Positions 8,757-17,810 of a stretch of DNA of 64,000 nucleotides are shown in pieces; positions within the stretch are counted from its first letter, which is position 1; every line of letters begins with the position of its first letter. This DNA is from an uncultured Fibrobacterota bacterium (GTDB lineage Bacteria > Fibrobacterota > Fibrobacteria > Fibrobacterales > Fibrobacteraceae). The DNA lies in assembly GCA_903876665.1 (NCBI GenBank), contig CAIRAY010000147.1, forward strand, positions 1 to 64,000, read 5' to 3'. The notes under the pieces were generated by a model. That model was given only the letters and a program-made list of their open reading frames with translations, made no database searches and had not been told where the DNA came from. Position numbers and translations under genes: made by a program.

Positions 8757-9623
8757 ATGAAAACTTCAGCGAAATTTTTAACCCGTTTTGGCGTGTTGTG
8801 TGTAATGTTGATCCTGGCCTGCGACGGAGCCGGGCTACGCGATAACCCCACAGACTCCGGAGCAGTCGGCTACCCAGAAAGCTCGGCCCAGGCATCATCG
8901 GCCCAGGTATCTTCAGCCCAGTCCTCGTCAGCACAGGGGTCATCTTCGCCCGTTTCCTCTTCCCTGAATTCATCGTCCCAGGCTTCTTCGTCAACCCCTT
9001 CATCGTCCCAGGTTTCCTCATCCACATCCTCGTCCTCGTCGCAAGCGTTGCCATCCTCTTCGAGCCTAGTTCTTTCTTCCTCCTCCAGCGCATCCTCCTG
9101 CAGGGATTCCGACCCTTCGGGTTCCGTGACGGACTGCCGAGATAGCATTGAGTATAAAACAACCACCATCGGCGGAAAAGTTTGGATGGGTGAAAACTTG
9201 CAATTCGCTCCCTCAACTGGTTCAACCTGGTGTTACAAAGATTCCATCGCCAATTGCGGGAAATTTGGTCGTTTATACGATTATGCCACCGCAGAAACCG
9301 CGTGCATGGAAGGTTGGCACTTGCCAACTAATGTCGAGTGGAGCCAATTGGCTAGTGATGCCGGTGCCAATCTCAAATCAACACAATGGAACACCAACTC
9401 CATTCCAAGTTCTGATTCCTATAAGTTTTCCGCAATAGCGGCACCCTTCTTGGACTCACTTCCTCAATTCCAAAATTTGGATAATGCTTTTTGGTGGGCA
9501 GCCACCCCATCCGCTACTGGAGCAAATAGGGATATTCGATGGATGGCCGGTGGTTCTGCCTCTCTTGGCTCAAGTTCCCGACTGATGTCTTATGGTCTTT
9601 CGGTGCGGTGTATTCAGGATTAA
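8757..9623 (+). CDS. Lipoprotein with a Ser-rich linker and a C-terminal Fibrobacter succinogenes major paralogous domain (TIGR02145-like)
   Basis: Lipobox LILAC, SSAQ-type Ser-rich low-complexity linker, and a domain with WMGENLQF...WCY...C...RLYDYATAE...VRCIQD ending at the C-terminus. Confidence 0.8.
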   Translation: MKTSAKFLTRFGVLCVMLILACDGAGLRDNPTDSGAVGYPESSAQASSAQVSSAQSSSAQGSSSPVSSSLNSSSQASSSTPSSSQVSSSTSSSSSQALPSSSSLVLSSSSSASSCRDSDPSGSVTDCRDSIEYKTTTIGGKVWMGENLQFAPSTGSTWCYKDSIANCGKFGRLYDYATAETACMEGWHLPTNVEWSQLASDAGANLKSTQWNTNSIPSSDSYKFSAIAAPFLDSLPQFQNLDNAFWWAATPSATGANRDIRWMAGGSASLGSSSRLMSYGLSVRCIQD

Positions 9624-9630
9624 AAGTCTG

Positions 9631-10671
9631 TCAAGGCGCGGGATTCGAATGGCGCTGATGGATCGCGTCAATTCCGGCAAGAACTTCGGCCGATAAAACC
9701 ACATCGAGGCTAGCGATATTCTCCCGAAGCTGCCCGAGCTGGGTCGCCCCAATGATGGTCGAGCGGATGAATACTCGGGAGTTCACGAAGGCTAGGGCCA
9801 TCTGGGCAGGAGACATTCCGTGGGCACGGGCGAGGGCCGCGTATTCCCCCGTAGCAAGGATCGCCTGAGGTGAGGAATACCGCTTAAAGTGAGTACCAAA
9901 CAGATTCAGGCGTGAAGAGGGCAATGCGCTTCCTTCCTCGTACTTTCCACTGAGCCTGCCAAAGCCCATGGGAGAATACGCCAGGAACCCAACATCCTCT
10001 CGGAAGCAGACTTCGGCCAATGCCACCTCAGCGCTGCGGTTGATCAGGCTATAGGGATTTTGCAGGGAAACCGGCGCGGGCAAGCCCAGCTCCTTGGCCA
10101 GCCACAGGTACTTCATGAGCCCCCAGGCGGTCTCGTTGGAGACTCCGAAGTGGCGAATTTTTCCGGCGCGGATCAGATCAGCGGCCGCACCCATTGACTC
10201 TTCCAGTGGCGTCCAATACTCGTGCTGGGGACCATCAAAGCCAAGCTTGCCAAAGAAGTTCGCGCTGCGGTCGGGCCAATGGAATTGGTATAAATCGATA
10301 TGATCCGTCTTCAATCGTTTGAGCGAGGCGTCACAAGCCGCAAAAATACTTTCGCGCCGGAGTCCATTATGGATGCCGTTGCGAACCCAAGGATGGCCTG
10401 CACTGTGTCCGATCACTTTGGTGGCCAGAACCACCTGGTCACGCTTGCCCGATTTTTGGAACCAGTTCCCAATAATGGTTTCGGTTGCGGTGTAGGTCGC
10501 TTCCATAGGCGGAACCGGATACATCTCGGCCGTGTCCCAGAAATTCACCCCCAAGTCAATGGCTAAATCCATTTGGGAAAAGCCTTCGTCCTGTGTATTC
10601 TGCTGGCCCCAGGTCATGGTGCCGAGGCAGATTTTGGAAATTTCGAGGGAGCCGAGGTGTATTTTTTGCAT
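9631..10671 (-). CDS. Aldo/keto reductase family oxidoreductase (Tas-like, NAD(P)H-dependent)
   Basis: The 346-aa ORF shows AKR motifs: CLGTMTWG and FWDTAEMY. Confidence 0.85.
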   Translation of the reverse strand: MQKIHLGSLEISKICLGTMTWGQQNTQDEGFSQMDLAIDLGVNFWDTAEMYPVPPMEATYTATETIIGNWFQKSGKRDQVVLATKVIGHSAGHPWVRNGIHNGLRRESIFAACDASLKRLKTDHIDLYQFHWPDRSANFFGKLGFDGPQHEYWTPLEESMGAAADLIRAGKIRHFGVSNETAWGLMKYLWLAKELGLPAPVSLQNPYSLINRSAEVALAEVCFREDVGFLAYSPMGFGRLSGKYEEGSALPSSRLNLFGTHFKRYSSPQAILATGEYAALARAHGMSPAQMALAFVNSRVFIRSTIIGATQLGQLRENIASLDVVLSAEVLAGIDAIHQRHSNPAP

Positions 10672-10673
10672 GT

Positions 10674-11630
10674 TCAGCTATGCGTGATGAGGAAGTGTTC
10701 AGCCTCGAGGGCGGCCATGCAACCCGAGCCTGCCGCGGCAATGGCTTGGCGATATTTTTTGTCTTGAACATCACCGGCAGCAAAGACTCCTGGAACGCTG
10801 GTTTCCGTGGTACCCGGAGTGGTGAGGATGTAACCGGTTTCATCCAAATTCAAATGACCGGCAACAAAGTCCGTATTGGGTTTGTGTCCGATTGCATAAA
10901 ATAGACCTGCCACCGGAAGTTCGGTCACCTCGTTGGTCACCACGTTGCGAAGCTTGGCAATTTCAAGGGACTTGGTGCCCGAAAGGCTTTCGAGGACGGA
11001 ATTCCACACCACTTCGATTTTTGGATTGGCAAATACTTTCTCTTGCATGGCTTTGGATGCGCGGAAAGAATCACGACGGTGCACCAGGTATACTTTGGAT
11101 GCAAACTTCGACAAATGCGTGGCTTCTTCCATGGCTGTATCGCCACCGCCAATCACTACCGAAGGCTTATTGCGGTACATGGGAAGCGCCCCATCGCATA
11201 CGGCGCATGCGGAAACGCCGCGTTGCCAAAATTGCTGTTCGCCGGGAACACCCATGCGACGCGCCGTGGCACCTGTGGCAATCACCACCGCATCGGCTTC
11301 AAAAAGTTCATCGGACTCGTTCCAAATTTTAAATGGACGGGAAGAAAAATCCACTTTGGAGACTGTCTCGGTGCGAATCGTTGCGCCACAATGTTCGGCC
11401 TGCTGGCGCATGCGCAGCATCAACTCACTTCCGTCAATACCCTCCGGAAAACCAGGGAAATTTTCAATTTCCGTGGTGGTGGTCAATTGCCCACCCGCAG
11501 CGACGCCTCCGGCCATGAACCCCTCAAACATCAAGGGCTTGAGCAAGGCCCGGCCCAGATAAATTGCCGCTGTATGGCCCGCAGGCCCCGAACCGATCAC
11601 GATGACTTTTTCTGACATAGGATTCTCCAT
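10674..11630 (-). CDS. trxB: Thioredoxin-disulfide reductase
   Basis: FAD-binding [10 protein letters not shown], the redox-active CAVCDG motif and an NADPH-binding [10 protein letters not shown] motif, about 318 aa. Confidence 0.9.
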   Translation of the reverse strand: MENPMSEKVIVIGSGPAGHTAAIYLGRALLKPLMFEGFMAGGVAAGGQLTTTTEIENFPGFPEGIDGSELMLRMRQQAEHCGATIRTETVSKVDFSSRPFKIWNESDELFEADAVVIATGATARRMGVPGEQQFWQRGVSACAVCDGALPMYRNKPSVVIGGGDTAMEEATHLSKFASKVYLVHRRDSFRASKAMQEKVFANPKIEVVWNSVLESLSGTKSLEIAKLRNVVTNEVTELPVAGLFYAIGHKPNTDFVAGHLNLDETGYILTTPGTTETSVPGVFAAGDVQDKKYRQAIAAAGSGCMAALEAEHFLITHS

Positions 11631-11723
11631 AGTTTCACTTCAATGTAACAATCTGTCCATATCCTTCGCCCCTTGATCGGACAGAATGTGTATAAGGGAT
11701 GCCTAATCATCTATTTTCACAAG

Positions 11724-12062
11724 ATGAGCCAACTTCTTTGCGTGACGCCTGCCGATTCCCCCATTGGAGAAATCCACCATTTTGAAATACTCTGGAAGGG
11801 CATGAAAATGCCCGGCCTCGCCTTTCTGGATCGCCAGGGCAGCTGGTTTGCCTGTATCAATCGCTGCAAACACTGGGCTGAAGCCTTGGATACCGAAAGC
11901 CCGGCAATTTATGCCACGGGTACCGGCTTGGTCGTGTGCTCCATCCATGGGGCAAAATTCCGCCTGGAAGATGGCCTTTGCGTAACGGGACCCTGCCACG
12001 GATCTGCGCTGGATGTCATTCCCGTAGAATGGCGAGAAGGCGAACTTTGGTCGATAAAGTAA
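11724..12062 (+). CDS. Rieske [2Fe-2S] domain protein. The ORF is open from 11673; the start at 11724 (MSQLL...) is preferred.
   Basis: CKH ... CSIHGAKF ligand boxes (CxH / CxxH) in a protein of about 112 aa, which is typical Rieske ferredoxin size. Confidence 0.55.
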   Translation: MSQLLCVTPADSPIGEIHHFEILWKGMKMPGLAFLDRQGSWFACINRCKHWAEALDTESPAIYATGTGLVVCSIHGAKFRLEDGLCVTGPCHGSALDVIPVEWREGELWSIK

Positions 12063-12193
12063 ATTACCCGCAGGTCATTTATGAAAAAACAAGACCCCCG
12101 ATGAGGCCGCTGGGGTTTCCCAAGGGACCAGAGAGCACGGTGGACCGGGCACCCTGGGAACCCGTCCATGCGGAATGAAATGGGAGTGACTCG

Positions 12194-12964
12194 TTAAAAT
12201 TTTAATGCGACTTGCAAGCCTGGGGCAAGGCTTCCCTCTGAAATCGGAATTACCGAGGGACTCACAGACAACTTGAGGTTTCCGTATGCATTGTGAGCTC
12301 GGATGCCGCTAGCCGTAAATTGGTACAACGCCATTCCGTGGGCTAGGACACCCAAACAAACAAGGATCCCCCCACTGACCGCTGCTAGCTTGGCATCCGA
12401 GTCACTCCCACCATCTGACCCGGGTATAGCTGCAAGGGCCAGCAATCCACCTCCAATAGCTAGGCAACCCCAGCTGGATTGGTAAAGTCCCCATCCGGGA
12501 ACACGGACAAGGGAATCCTGGCCCAACGCGTTTACAGATCTGGTCATCATGTTGGCTCCTATCCCATTTACGGGAATACCCGCAAGTAGGGTAAGGACCC
12601 CTATCCATAAAGAGGTTTGGCGATAATTTTCATGATCAGAAAAAGCCATAATTGTTCCACCCACATTCATTCCCAGTCCAATGATTTGAATGCCCGAACC
12701 CAAGGCAAGCTTCATTTTCAAATTGAAAATTTCGCTTTGGGTTAATGCAACGACAATTTTTGGCTTCAATATATTGCCGTTCCTGCCTGAAACACTTTGT
12801 GTGTCAAGTATCTGCGATCCCCGTGCCGGGGATGCCCCTTCGACCTCGTTGACTGTTATAATTGCCGGAGCATTTCCATTCAATTGTGAAGCATCTACTG
12901 TGTCAATGGACACTTCAGCAGTACACACCGTTTGGATGATGAGAATCAGAAAAATACACATAAA
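12194..12964 (-). CDS. Hypothetical Gly-rich secreted/membrane protein (possible outer-membrane protein, C-terminal ...LQVALKF). The track ORF extends to 13099 across palindromic repeats; the start at MCIFLILIIQTVCTA is preferred.
   Basis: Signal-peptide-like N-terminus, Gly/Ala-rich hydrophobic segments, and a C-terminal aromatic residue. Confidence 0.4.
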   Translation of the reverse strand, partial: FMCIFLILIIQTVCTAEVSIDTVDASQLNGNAPAIITVNEVEGASPARGSQILDTQSVSGRNGNILKPKIVVALTQSEIFNLKMKLALGSGIQIIGLGMNVGGTIMAFSDHENYRQTSLWIGVLTLLAGIPVNGIGANMMTRSVNALGQDSLVRVPGWGLYQSSWGCLAIGGGLLALAAIPGSDGGSDSDAKLAAVSGGILVCLGVLAHGMALYQFTASGIRAHNAYGNLKLSVSPSVIPISEGSLAPGLQVALKF

Positions 12965-13000
12965 ACATGCGCTAGTCTTTCTAGCACCTTTGTTAATTAT

Positions 13001-13080
13001 GCGGCATGAACCTGTCATGCCCGGAACGGGCATCGCCGTGCATCTACCAGAGTTCTGTGATGCCCGTGCCGGGCATGACA
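13001..13080. repeat. Intergenic repeat locus B. It holds two members of the palindrome family: tgtcatgcccg-gaa-cgggcat (13014-13034, subtype I) and tgtgatgcccg-tgc-cgggcatgaca (13056-13080, subtype II).
   Basis: Read directly from the sequence, downstream of argJ on the minus strand. Confidence 0.85.
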
Positions 13081-13100
13081 ATCCAAAAACATTCTGCATG

Positions 13101-14309
13101 TTAAGTGGTGTATTCGGCGTTGATCTTCACGTAGTCATAGCTCAGATCGCAGGTGTAGCTGGAGGCGGAAGAATCGCCCATATTCAAAACCAAAGTGATG
13201 CGGTATTCCTTGCGGGCCACGACTTCGCGCAGGCGGGTGTAGTCCACATCCAAGGGCCTTCCACCCCGCAGGACTTGAACATCCTCGAAGAAAAGATCCG
13301 TGCGGTCCGCAATCAACTCGCCGCCTGCGGAACCCGCGCTGGAAAGAATGCGACCCCAATTGGGATCTTGACCAAACATGGCGGTTTTGACCAGGTTGGA
13401 GGTACATACAAAGCGTCCGATTTTGCGGGCGTCGTCTTTGCTCGTGGCCTTTTCTACGCGGATCTCGACCATACGGGTTGCGCCTTCGCCATCACGGACA
13501 ATCATCAGGGCCAGCTCAAGCATCACCGATTCAATAGCGCGGCGGAATTCGCCTTGCTCGGAAAGGGAAAGGTTGTGATAGCTGATGCCCGATGCACCGT
13601 TTGCGAGTAGAATGCAGGTATCGTTGGTGCTCATGTCGCCATCCACGGAAATGGCATTGAAGCTCTCGTTCACCCAGGCTTTGAATTCCGGGCGGAAGGT
13701 GGGCGGCAATTCGATGTCGGTGGTGATGTAGGCAAGCATGGTGGCCATATTGGGATGGATCATCCCGGAACCCTTGCAGGCCCCGCCGATGCGAATTTCG
13801 CCTTCGCTGGTGGTCAGCACCGCGCCCAGGGTTTTCATCTTGGTGTCCGTGGTCATGATGGCCCGGGCAAAAGCCTCGGAACCCTCGTGGCTCAAGGCCT
13901 CGTGGACGGCAGGCACAGCCACTTCGATTTTTTCGATGGGAAGCTTGCGGCCAATGATCCCCGTGGAGCAAACCAGCACGGAATCCTTGCCGAGCCCCAG
14001 AGCGCTTTCGGCCACCTGCGCCATGCGCTTGGCATCCGCCCAACCGTCCGGACCCGTGCAGGCATTGGCATTCCCGGAATTGACCAGTACCGCAGAAATC
14101 CGGTCGGAACGAGAAAGAACTTCCTGATCATAAAGGACCGGAGCGGCCTTCACTTGGTTGAGGGTAAAAACGCCAAAGCAGCGCGCCGGAACATCGCTCG
14201 CCAGGAGTGCCAGGTCATGATTGCCCGAGGCCTTGATTCCAGCTTTGACTCCGGCACCCCGGAATCCCTTGGGAGTACAGACTCCGCCATTCAATTGCAT
14301 TTCTAGCAT
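13101..14309 (-). CDS. argJ: Bifunctional glutamate N-acetyltransferase / amino-acid acetyltransferase (ornithine acetyltransferase)
   Basis: 402 aa with the autoproteolysis site ATMLAYITTD and the conserved ArgJ core. Confidence 0.9.
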   Translation of the reverse strand: MLEMQLNGGVCTPKGFRGAGVKAGIKASGNHDLALLASDVPARCFGVFTLNQVKAAPVLYDQEVLSRSDRISAVLVNSGNANACTGPDGWADAKRMAQVAESALGLGKDSVLVCSTGIIGRKLPIEKIEVAVPAVHEALSHEGSEAFARAIMTTDTKMKTLGAVLTTSEGEIRIGGACKGSGMIHPNMATMLAYITTDIELPPTFRPEFKAWVNESFNAISVDGDMSTNDTCILLANGASGISYHNLSLSEQGEFRRAIESVMLELALMIVRDGEGATRMVEIRVEKATSKDDARKIGRFVCTSNLVKTAMFGQDPNWGRILSSAGSAGGELIADRTDLFFEDVQVLRGGRPLDVDYTRLREVVARKEYRITLVLNMGDSSASSYTCDLSYDYVKINAEYTT

Positions 14310-14346
14310 TTTTCGCTCCGATCAGGTTTACTACCTTTAGCATTAT

Positions 14347-14817
14347 ATGGACGCAACAATCCCGGTTACCCAAGAAACTCTCGACCAGCTTCAGGCTGAG
14401 CTCGATAATTTAAAAAAAGTAGAACGCCCCGGCGTGATCCAGGCAATTGCCGAGGCTCGCTCCCATGGCGATCTCAAAGAAAATGCGGAATACCACGCAG
14501 CCAAAGAGCGCCAAGGCTACATCGAAGGGCGCATCCAGTATGTTGAGGACCGCATCGCCCGTTCGGTGGTGACGACCCACAATACAGCGGCGGCGGCCCA
14601 CATCACCTTTGGCGCCACGGTCAAGGCCAGGAATCTCGGCACCGGAGTTGAGGTGGAATATACCTTGGTTTCTCCCGATGGCATGGACCCCCTGAAGGGA
14701 CGTATTTCCTACACCTCCCCCGTGGGAAAATCCCTGATCGGAAAAAGTCGTGGCGAGATTGTCGACATTACGACACCTAAAGGCATCACTCGCCTCGAAA
14801 TCCTCGACTATCGATAA
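14347..14817 (+). CDS. greA: Transcription elongation factor GreA
   Basis: 156 aa with the N-terminal coiled coil and the [14 protein letters not shown] acidic-finger motif. Confidence 0.9.
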   Translation: MDATIPVTQETLDQLQAELDNLKKVERPGVIQAIAEARSHGDLKENAEYHAAKERQGYIEGRIQYVEDRIARSVVTTHNTAAAAHITFGATVKARNLGTGVEVEYTLVSPDGMDPLKGRISYTSPVGKSLIGKSRGEIVDITTPKGITRLEILDYR

Positions 14818-14823
14818 GAAACC

Positions 14824-15789
14824 ATGATCCGCGTATTCCTGGGTGACGACGACTTTTCACGTATCCGCGCGCTAAATCGCGCAGTGGATTCTGCACTGGG
14901 TGCCCGCAAGGATGATCCCTTGGCGCGTCAAGTGTTATACGCCGGAGACTCCTCCTTTCCCGATGTTGCAGCCAAAGTGGTCGAATTCTGTAGCTCCATT
15001 TCCATGTTTTCCCCGGAGCTTGCGGTTGTCCTTCGCCGGGTGGAGGCCCTGAAGGCCGTTGATCAGGAATACCTCTCCAAATGGTTGTTGACCAAGCCCG
15101 AATGCCTGCTCTTCATTGACGGCGCAAAGATTGACGGCCGTAGCGAATTTTCCAAAGTCCTCGCCAAGGTCTGCAAGATTGAAAAGTTCGAGCCTCCCAA
15201 GGATTACAAGATGGCGGAGTGGATCACCAACCACTGCCGCGAAGAATTCTCCCGGCCAATCCAGCCCGAGGCCGCCAAATACTTGGCAGATGCCATTGGC
15301 GATGAATTGTCCGTTCTCCATAGCGAAATCGAGAAGCTACTCACCGCGGTGCCCGACACCAAAACCATTAGTTTCGATCTCGTTTCCCGCCTAATCGTTC
15401 CTCAACGCATTTTGGTTCCCTGGGAAATCCAGAAATCCTTCGGCGACCGCGACCCCAAAGCCTTCACCCAGATGCTCCGGCGCTTACTGGACCAAGGGAT
15501 TGATCCGATCCCCATTACCAGCAACCTGTTCACCCACGCCGTCAAGCTGATGCACACCCAGACCATGATCGCAGAAAAGCGTTCTGCGGACGAAATTGCC
15601 AAGGCGCTTGGCCTGCAAACATTTTTATACAACATCCAAAATCTACCTACCCAGGCTTCCAAATGGACTCCCGCAGTCCTTTCCCGGGTCATCCAGAGAC
15701 TCGGTGAAATCTACTTTGGGCTAAAAGCAAGTGCCTACGCCAACGACGCAGAATTTGAGCTTGCCGTTTGTGCCTTGGTCGTGCGGTAA
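14824..15789 (+). CDS. holA: DNA polymerase III delta subunit
   Basis: 321 aa with N-terminal Rossmann-like and C-terminal helical domains in a HolA-like pattern. It lies immediately downstream of greA. Confidence 0.65.
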   Translation: MIRVFLGDDDFSRIRALNRAVDSALGARKDDPLARQVLYAGDSSFPDVAAKVVEFCSSISMFSPELAVVLRRVEALKAVDQEYLSKWLLTKPECLLFIDGAKIDGRSEFSKVLAKVCKIEKFEPPKDYKMAEWITNHCREEFSRPIQPEAAKYLADAIGDELSVLHSEIEKLLTAVPDTKTISFDLVSRLIVPQRILVPWEIQKSFGDRDPKAFTQMLRRLLDQGIDPIPITSNLFTHAVKLMHTQTMIAEKRSADEIAKALGLQTFLYNIQNLPTQASKWTPAVLSRVIQRLGEIYFGLKASAYANDAEFELAVCALVVR

Positions 15790-15826
15790 ATCCTCAGCTC
15801 AATTTTTTGCCGTGGTTTTGTTGTCT

Positions 15827-16057
15827 TTTCCCGGTTGTCTTTGTCATGCCCGGTTGTTTTGTCATGCCCGGTTGTTTTGTCATGCCCGGCACGGGCATCA
15901 CCGGTGCTTGTTGCTGCATTGTCCGGGCGCGATGCGGTGATGGCCGTTCCGGCCATGACAGGCTTGTTGCAGTAAGGCCATTCCCCAGCTGACTTTGTCA
16001 TGCCCGGTTGTTTTGTCATGCCCGGCACGGCCGGAACAGGGGGTGCCGGGCCTGACA
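15827..16057. repeat. Intergenic repeat locus C. It holds 2.5 tandem 18-bp units (ttgtcatgcccggttgtt), the palindrome atgcccg-gca-cgggcat (15882-15898), the palindromes caccggtg and ggccg-ttc-cggcc, and a second half-site array at 15994-16057 ending in the inverted repeat gcccggcac...gtgccgggc.
   Basis: Read directly from the sequence, between holA and pepA. The repeat generates the spurious ORFs MPGCFVMPGCFVMPG. Confidence 0.85.
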
Positions 16058-16146
16058 CTTTAAAAACATCCTGTTTGCATTTTAATGCGTTTGCCCTGAG
16101 GTAAATCCTTCTATTTTCCCATTTCCTGCACTTCTTTTTATCTTTT

Positions 16147-17805
16147 GTGGATATGTCAATTCAAATTTCTTCGAAGTCCGTTTCTCCCGCGAGTATCGAG
16201 GTCGTTTTTTACTTGCGCAAAACCCCCCTTTTTCCCTCGGCCCTCAATCTTTCCGAGGGCGAAAAAACAAGCCTTCTGGACATTTTGCAAAAGACCACCG
16301 ATGGCCCCTATGGCGATGGTGATTTTGCCGATGTGAAAGGTCGTCTATTTATTCTCCTGGATGTGGCCAAGGAAAAGGCCCTTTCCCGACTTGAGAACCT
16401 CCGTTGCGCAGCCTTTCGGCTTTCTGGCCTGGCCCGTAAGCGACATTTTTCCTCCGTATTGCTCAACCTGACCGAAGCCTCGCCCGAAGATTGCTCCGCC
16501 ATCATTGCCGGGCTACGCTATGGCGAATACTCGTTTAGCAAATACAAATCCAAGCCCAAGAAAATCTTTGAATCCAATTTTGAACTGGTCGCTGGCACAA
16601 AATCCGAGCAGATGAAAACCCTTGCCAGCCAAGTGAGCACAGTCATTGGGCAGGTTCAGGTCGCCCGTAACCTAGTAAACGAACCTGGTTCGATCCTGAC
16701 TCCGCAACAGCTCGTCGCTCAAGCTGTGGCGCTCGGAAAATCCCACGGTCTCAAAGTTTCCGTCAAGAATGCGGCCCAATTGCAGAAGGAAGGCTACGAA
16801 GGCCTGATCTCCGTGGGCAAAGGCAGCCCAAATCCGCCTGCACTGGTCACTCTGAGCTACCAGCCCCGCACCCGCAGGCCCAATCTTCATTTGGGCCTGC
16901 TCGGCAAAGGGTTGACCTTTGATACGGGCGGAATTTCCCTGAAGCCCGCCACGGACATGTGGGAAATGAAAATGGACATGGCTGGAGCCGCTGCGGCCCT
17001 CGCAGGAATTTGCGCAATTTCCAGTCTTAAGCTCCCTATTGCGGTCACCGCTGTCCTCTGTATTGCGGAAAACAGGCCCTCGGGTCACGCCCAGCTTCCG
17101 GGCGATATTTTTACCGCCAAGAACGGGAAGACCGTGATGGTGGACAACACCGATGCAGAAGGTCGCTTGGTTCTCACTGATGGCCTTTGGGAATGTGGTG
17201 CACTCGGGGTGACGCACCTGGTCGATTTAGCCACCCTTACCGGTGCAGTAATCCGCGCCCTGGGATCCTCCGTTGCCGGTCTTTTCACCAATAGTCTTGC
17301 CATGGGTGAGCTGGTGCTCGAAAGCGGACAAGCCTGCGGTGAAAAATTCTGGCCCCTGCCTCTGGAACGGGAATATCTCGAAGGAATCCAGGACAAGGTG
17401 GCCGACCTCAAAAATGTGAGCGGAGAAGTCGGCGCCATTTCGGCCGCCCTTTTCCTTGCCGAATTCGTTCCTCCTGGTATCGCCTGGGCCCATTTGGACA
17501 TCGCCGGAACGGCGTTCACCAAAAAAACCTGGAAGTACATCGAACACGGCGCCACCGGTTTTGGCGTACAAAGTCTGGTTGAAATTGCCAAGCGCCTATC
17601 CGATTCCGCGCGCACCGCTCCCATGGCGCCTCCGCTCGACCCCGAGACCATCCTTCCCATGGGAGGCAAGCATCGGGGACGCCCACCCAAGGCCCGCGCA
17701 GCCTCCGTTCCTCCGAGTACCCTCGCCCCTAAACGGCGGGGACGCCCACCCAAAAACCTGGCTCCGCAGGCTCAACGCCGTCGTGGCCGCCCTCCCAAGA
17801 AGTAA
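16147..17805 (+). CDS. pepA: Leucyl aminopeptidase (M17 family) with a C-terminal tail of three AT-hook-like RGRPPK motifs
   Basis: M17 signature NTDAEGRLVLTDGLWE. The C-terminus reads GGKHRGRPPKARAAS...KRRGRPPKNLAPQAQRRRGRPPKK. Confidence 0.85.
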   Translation: MDMSIQISSKSVSPASIEVVFYLRKTPLFPSALNLSEGEKTSLLDILQKTTDGPYGDGDFADVKGRLFILLDVAKEKALSRLENLRCAAFRLSGLARKRHFSSVLLNLTEASPEDCSAIIAGLRYGEYSFSKYKSKPKKIFESNFELVAGTKSEQMKTLASQVSTVIGQVQVARNLVNEPGSILTPQQLVAQAVALGKSHGLKVSVKNAAQLQKEGYEGLISVGKGSPNPPALVTLSYQPRTRRPNLHLGLLGKGLTFDTGGISLKPATDMWEMKMDMAGAAAALAGICAISSLKLPIAVTAVLCIAENRPSGHAQLPGDIFTAKNGKTVMVDNTDAEGRLVLTDGLWECGALGVTHLVDLATLTGAVIRALGSSVAGLFTNSLAMGELVLESGQACGEKFWPLPLEREYLEGIQDKVADLKNVSGEVGAISAALFLAEFVPPGIAWAHLDIAGTAFTKKTWKYIEHGATGFGVQSLVEIAKRLSDSARTAPMAPPLDPETILPMGGKHRGRPPKARAASVPPSTLAPKRRGRPPKNLAPQAQRRRGRPPKK

Positions 17806-17810
17806 GATTC

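Noticed and set aside
9648-9672. tRNA-like T-loop resemblance (gcgggattcgaatggcgc)
   Set aside because: It lies inside the aldo/keto reductase CDS and has no acceptor or anticodon stem context. No tRNA cloverleaf could be built.
12690-13610. 306-aa plus-strand ORF
   Set aside because: It is antisense to argJ and spans the palindromic repeats. Its translation contains the repeat-derived peptides CDPRAGDAP and CDARAGHDN.
15840-15900. Possible CRISPR array (short direct repeats)
   Set aside because: There are only about 2.5 contiguous 18-bp units with no unique spacers between them, and no cas genes in the window. The structure is a REP-like half-site array, not CRISPR.
15731-16058. ORFs 15731-15940, 15768-15992 (+) and 15735-16058 (-) encoding MPGCFVMPGCFVMPG-type peptides
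   Set aside because: They are translations of the 18-bp tandem repeat array. They are not genes.
17085-17753. 222-aa minus-strand ORF
   Set aside because: It is antisense to the well-supported pepA gene, and is a high-GC open frame.
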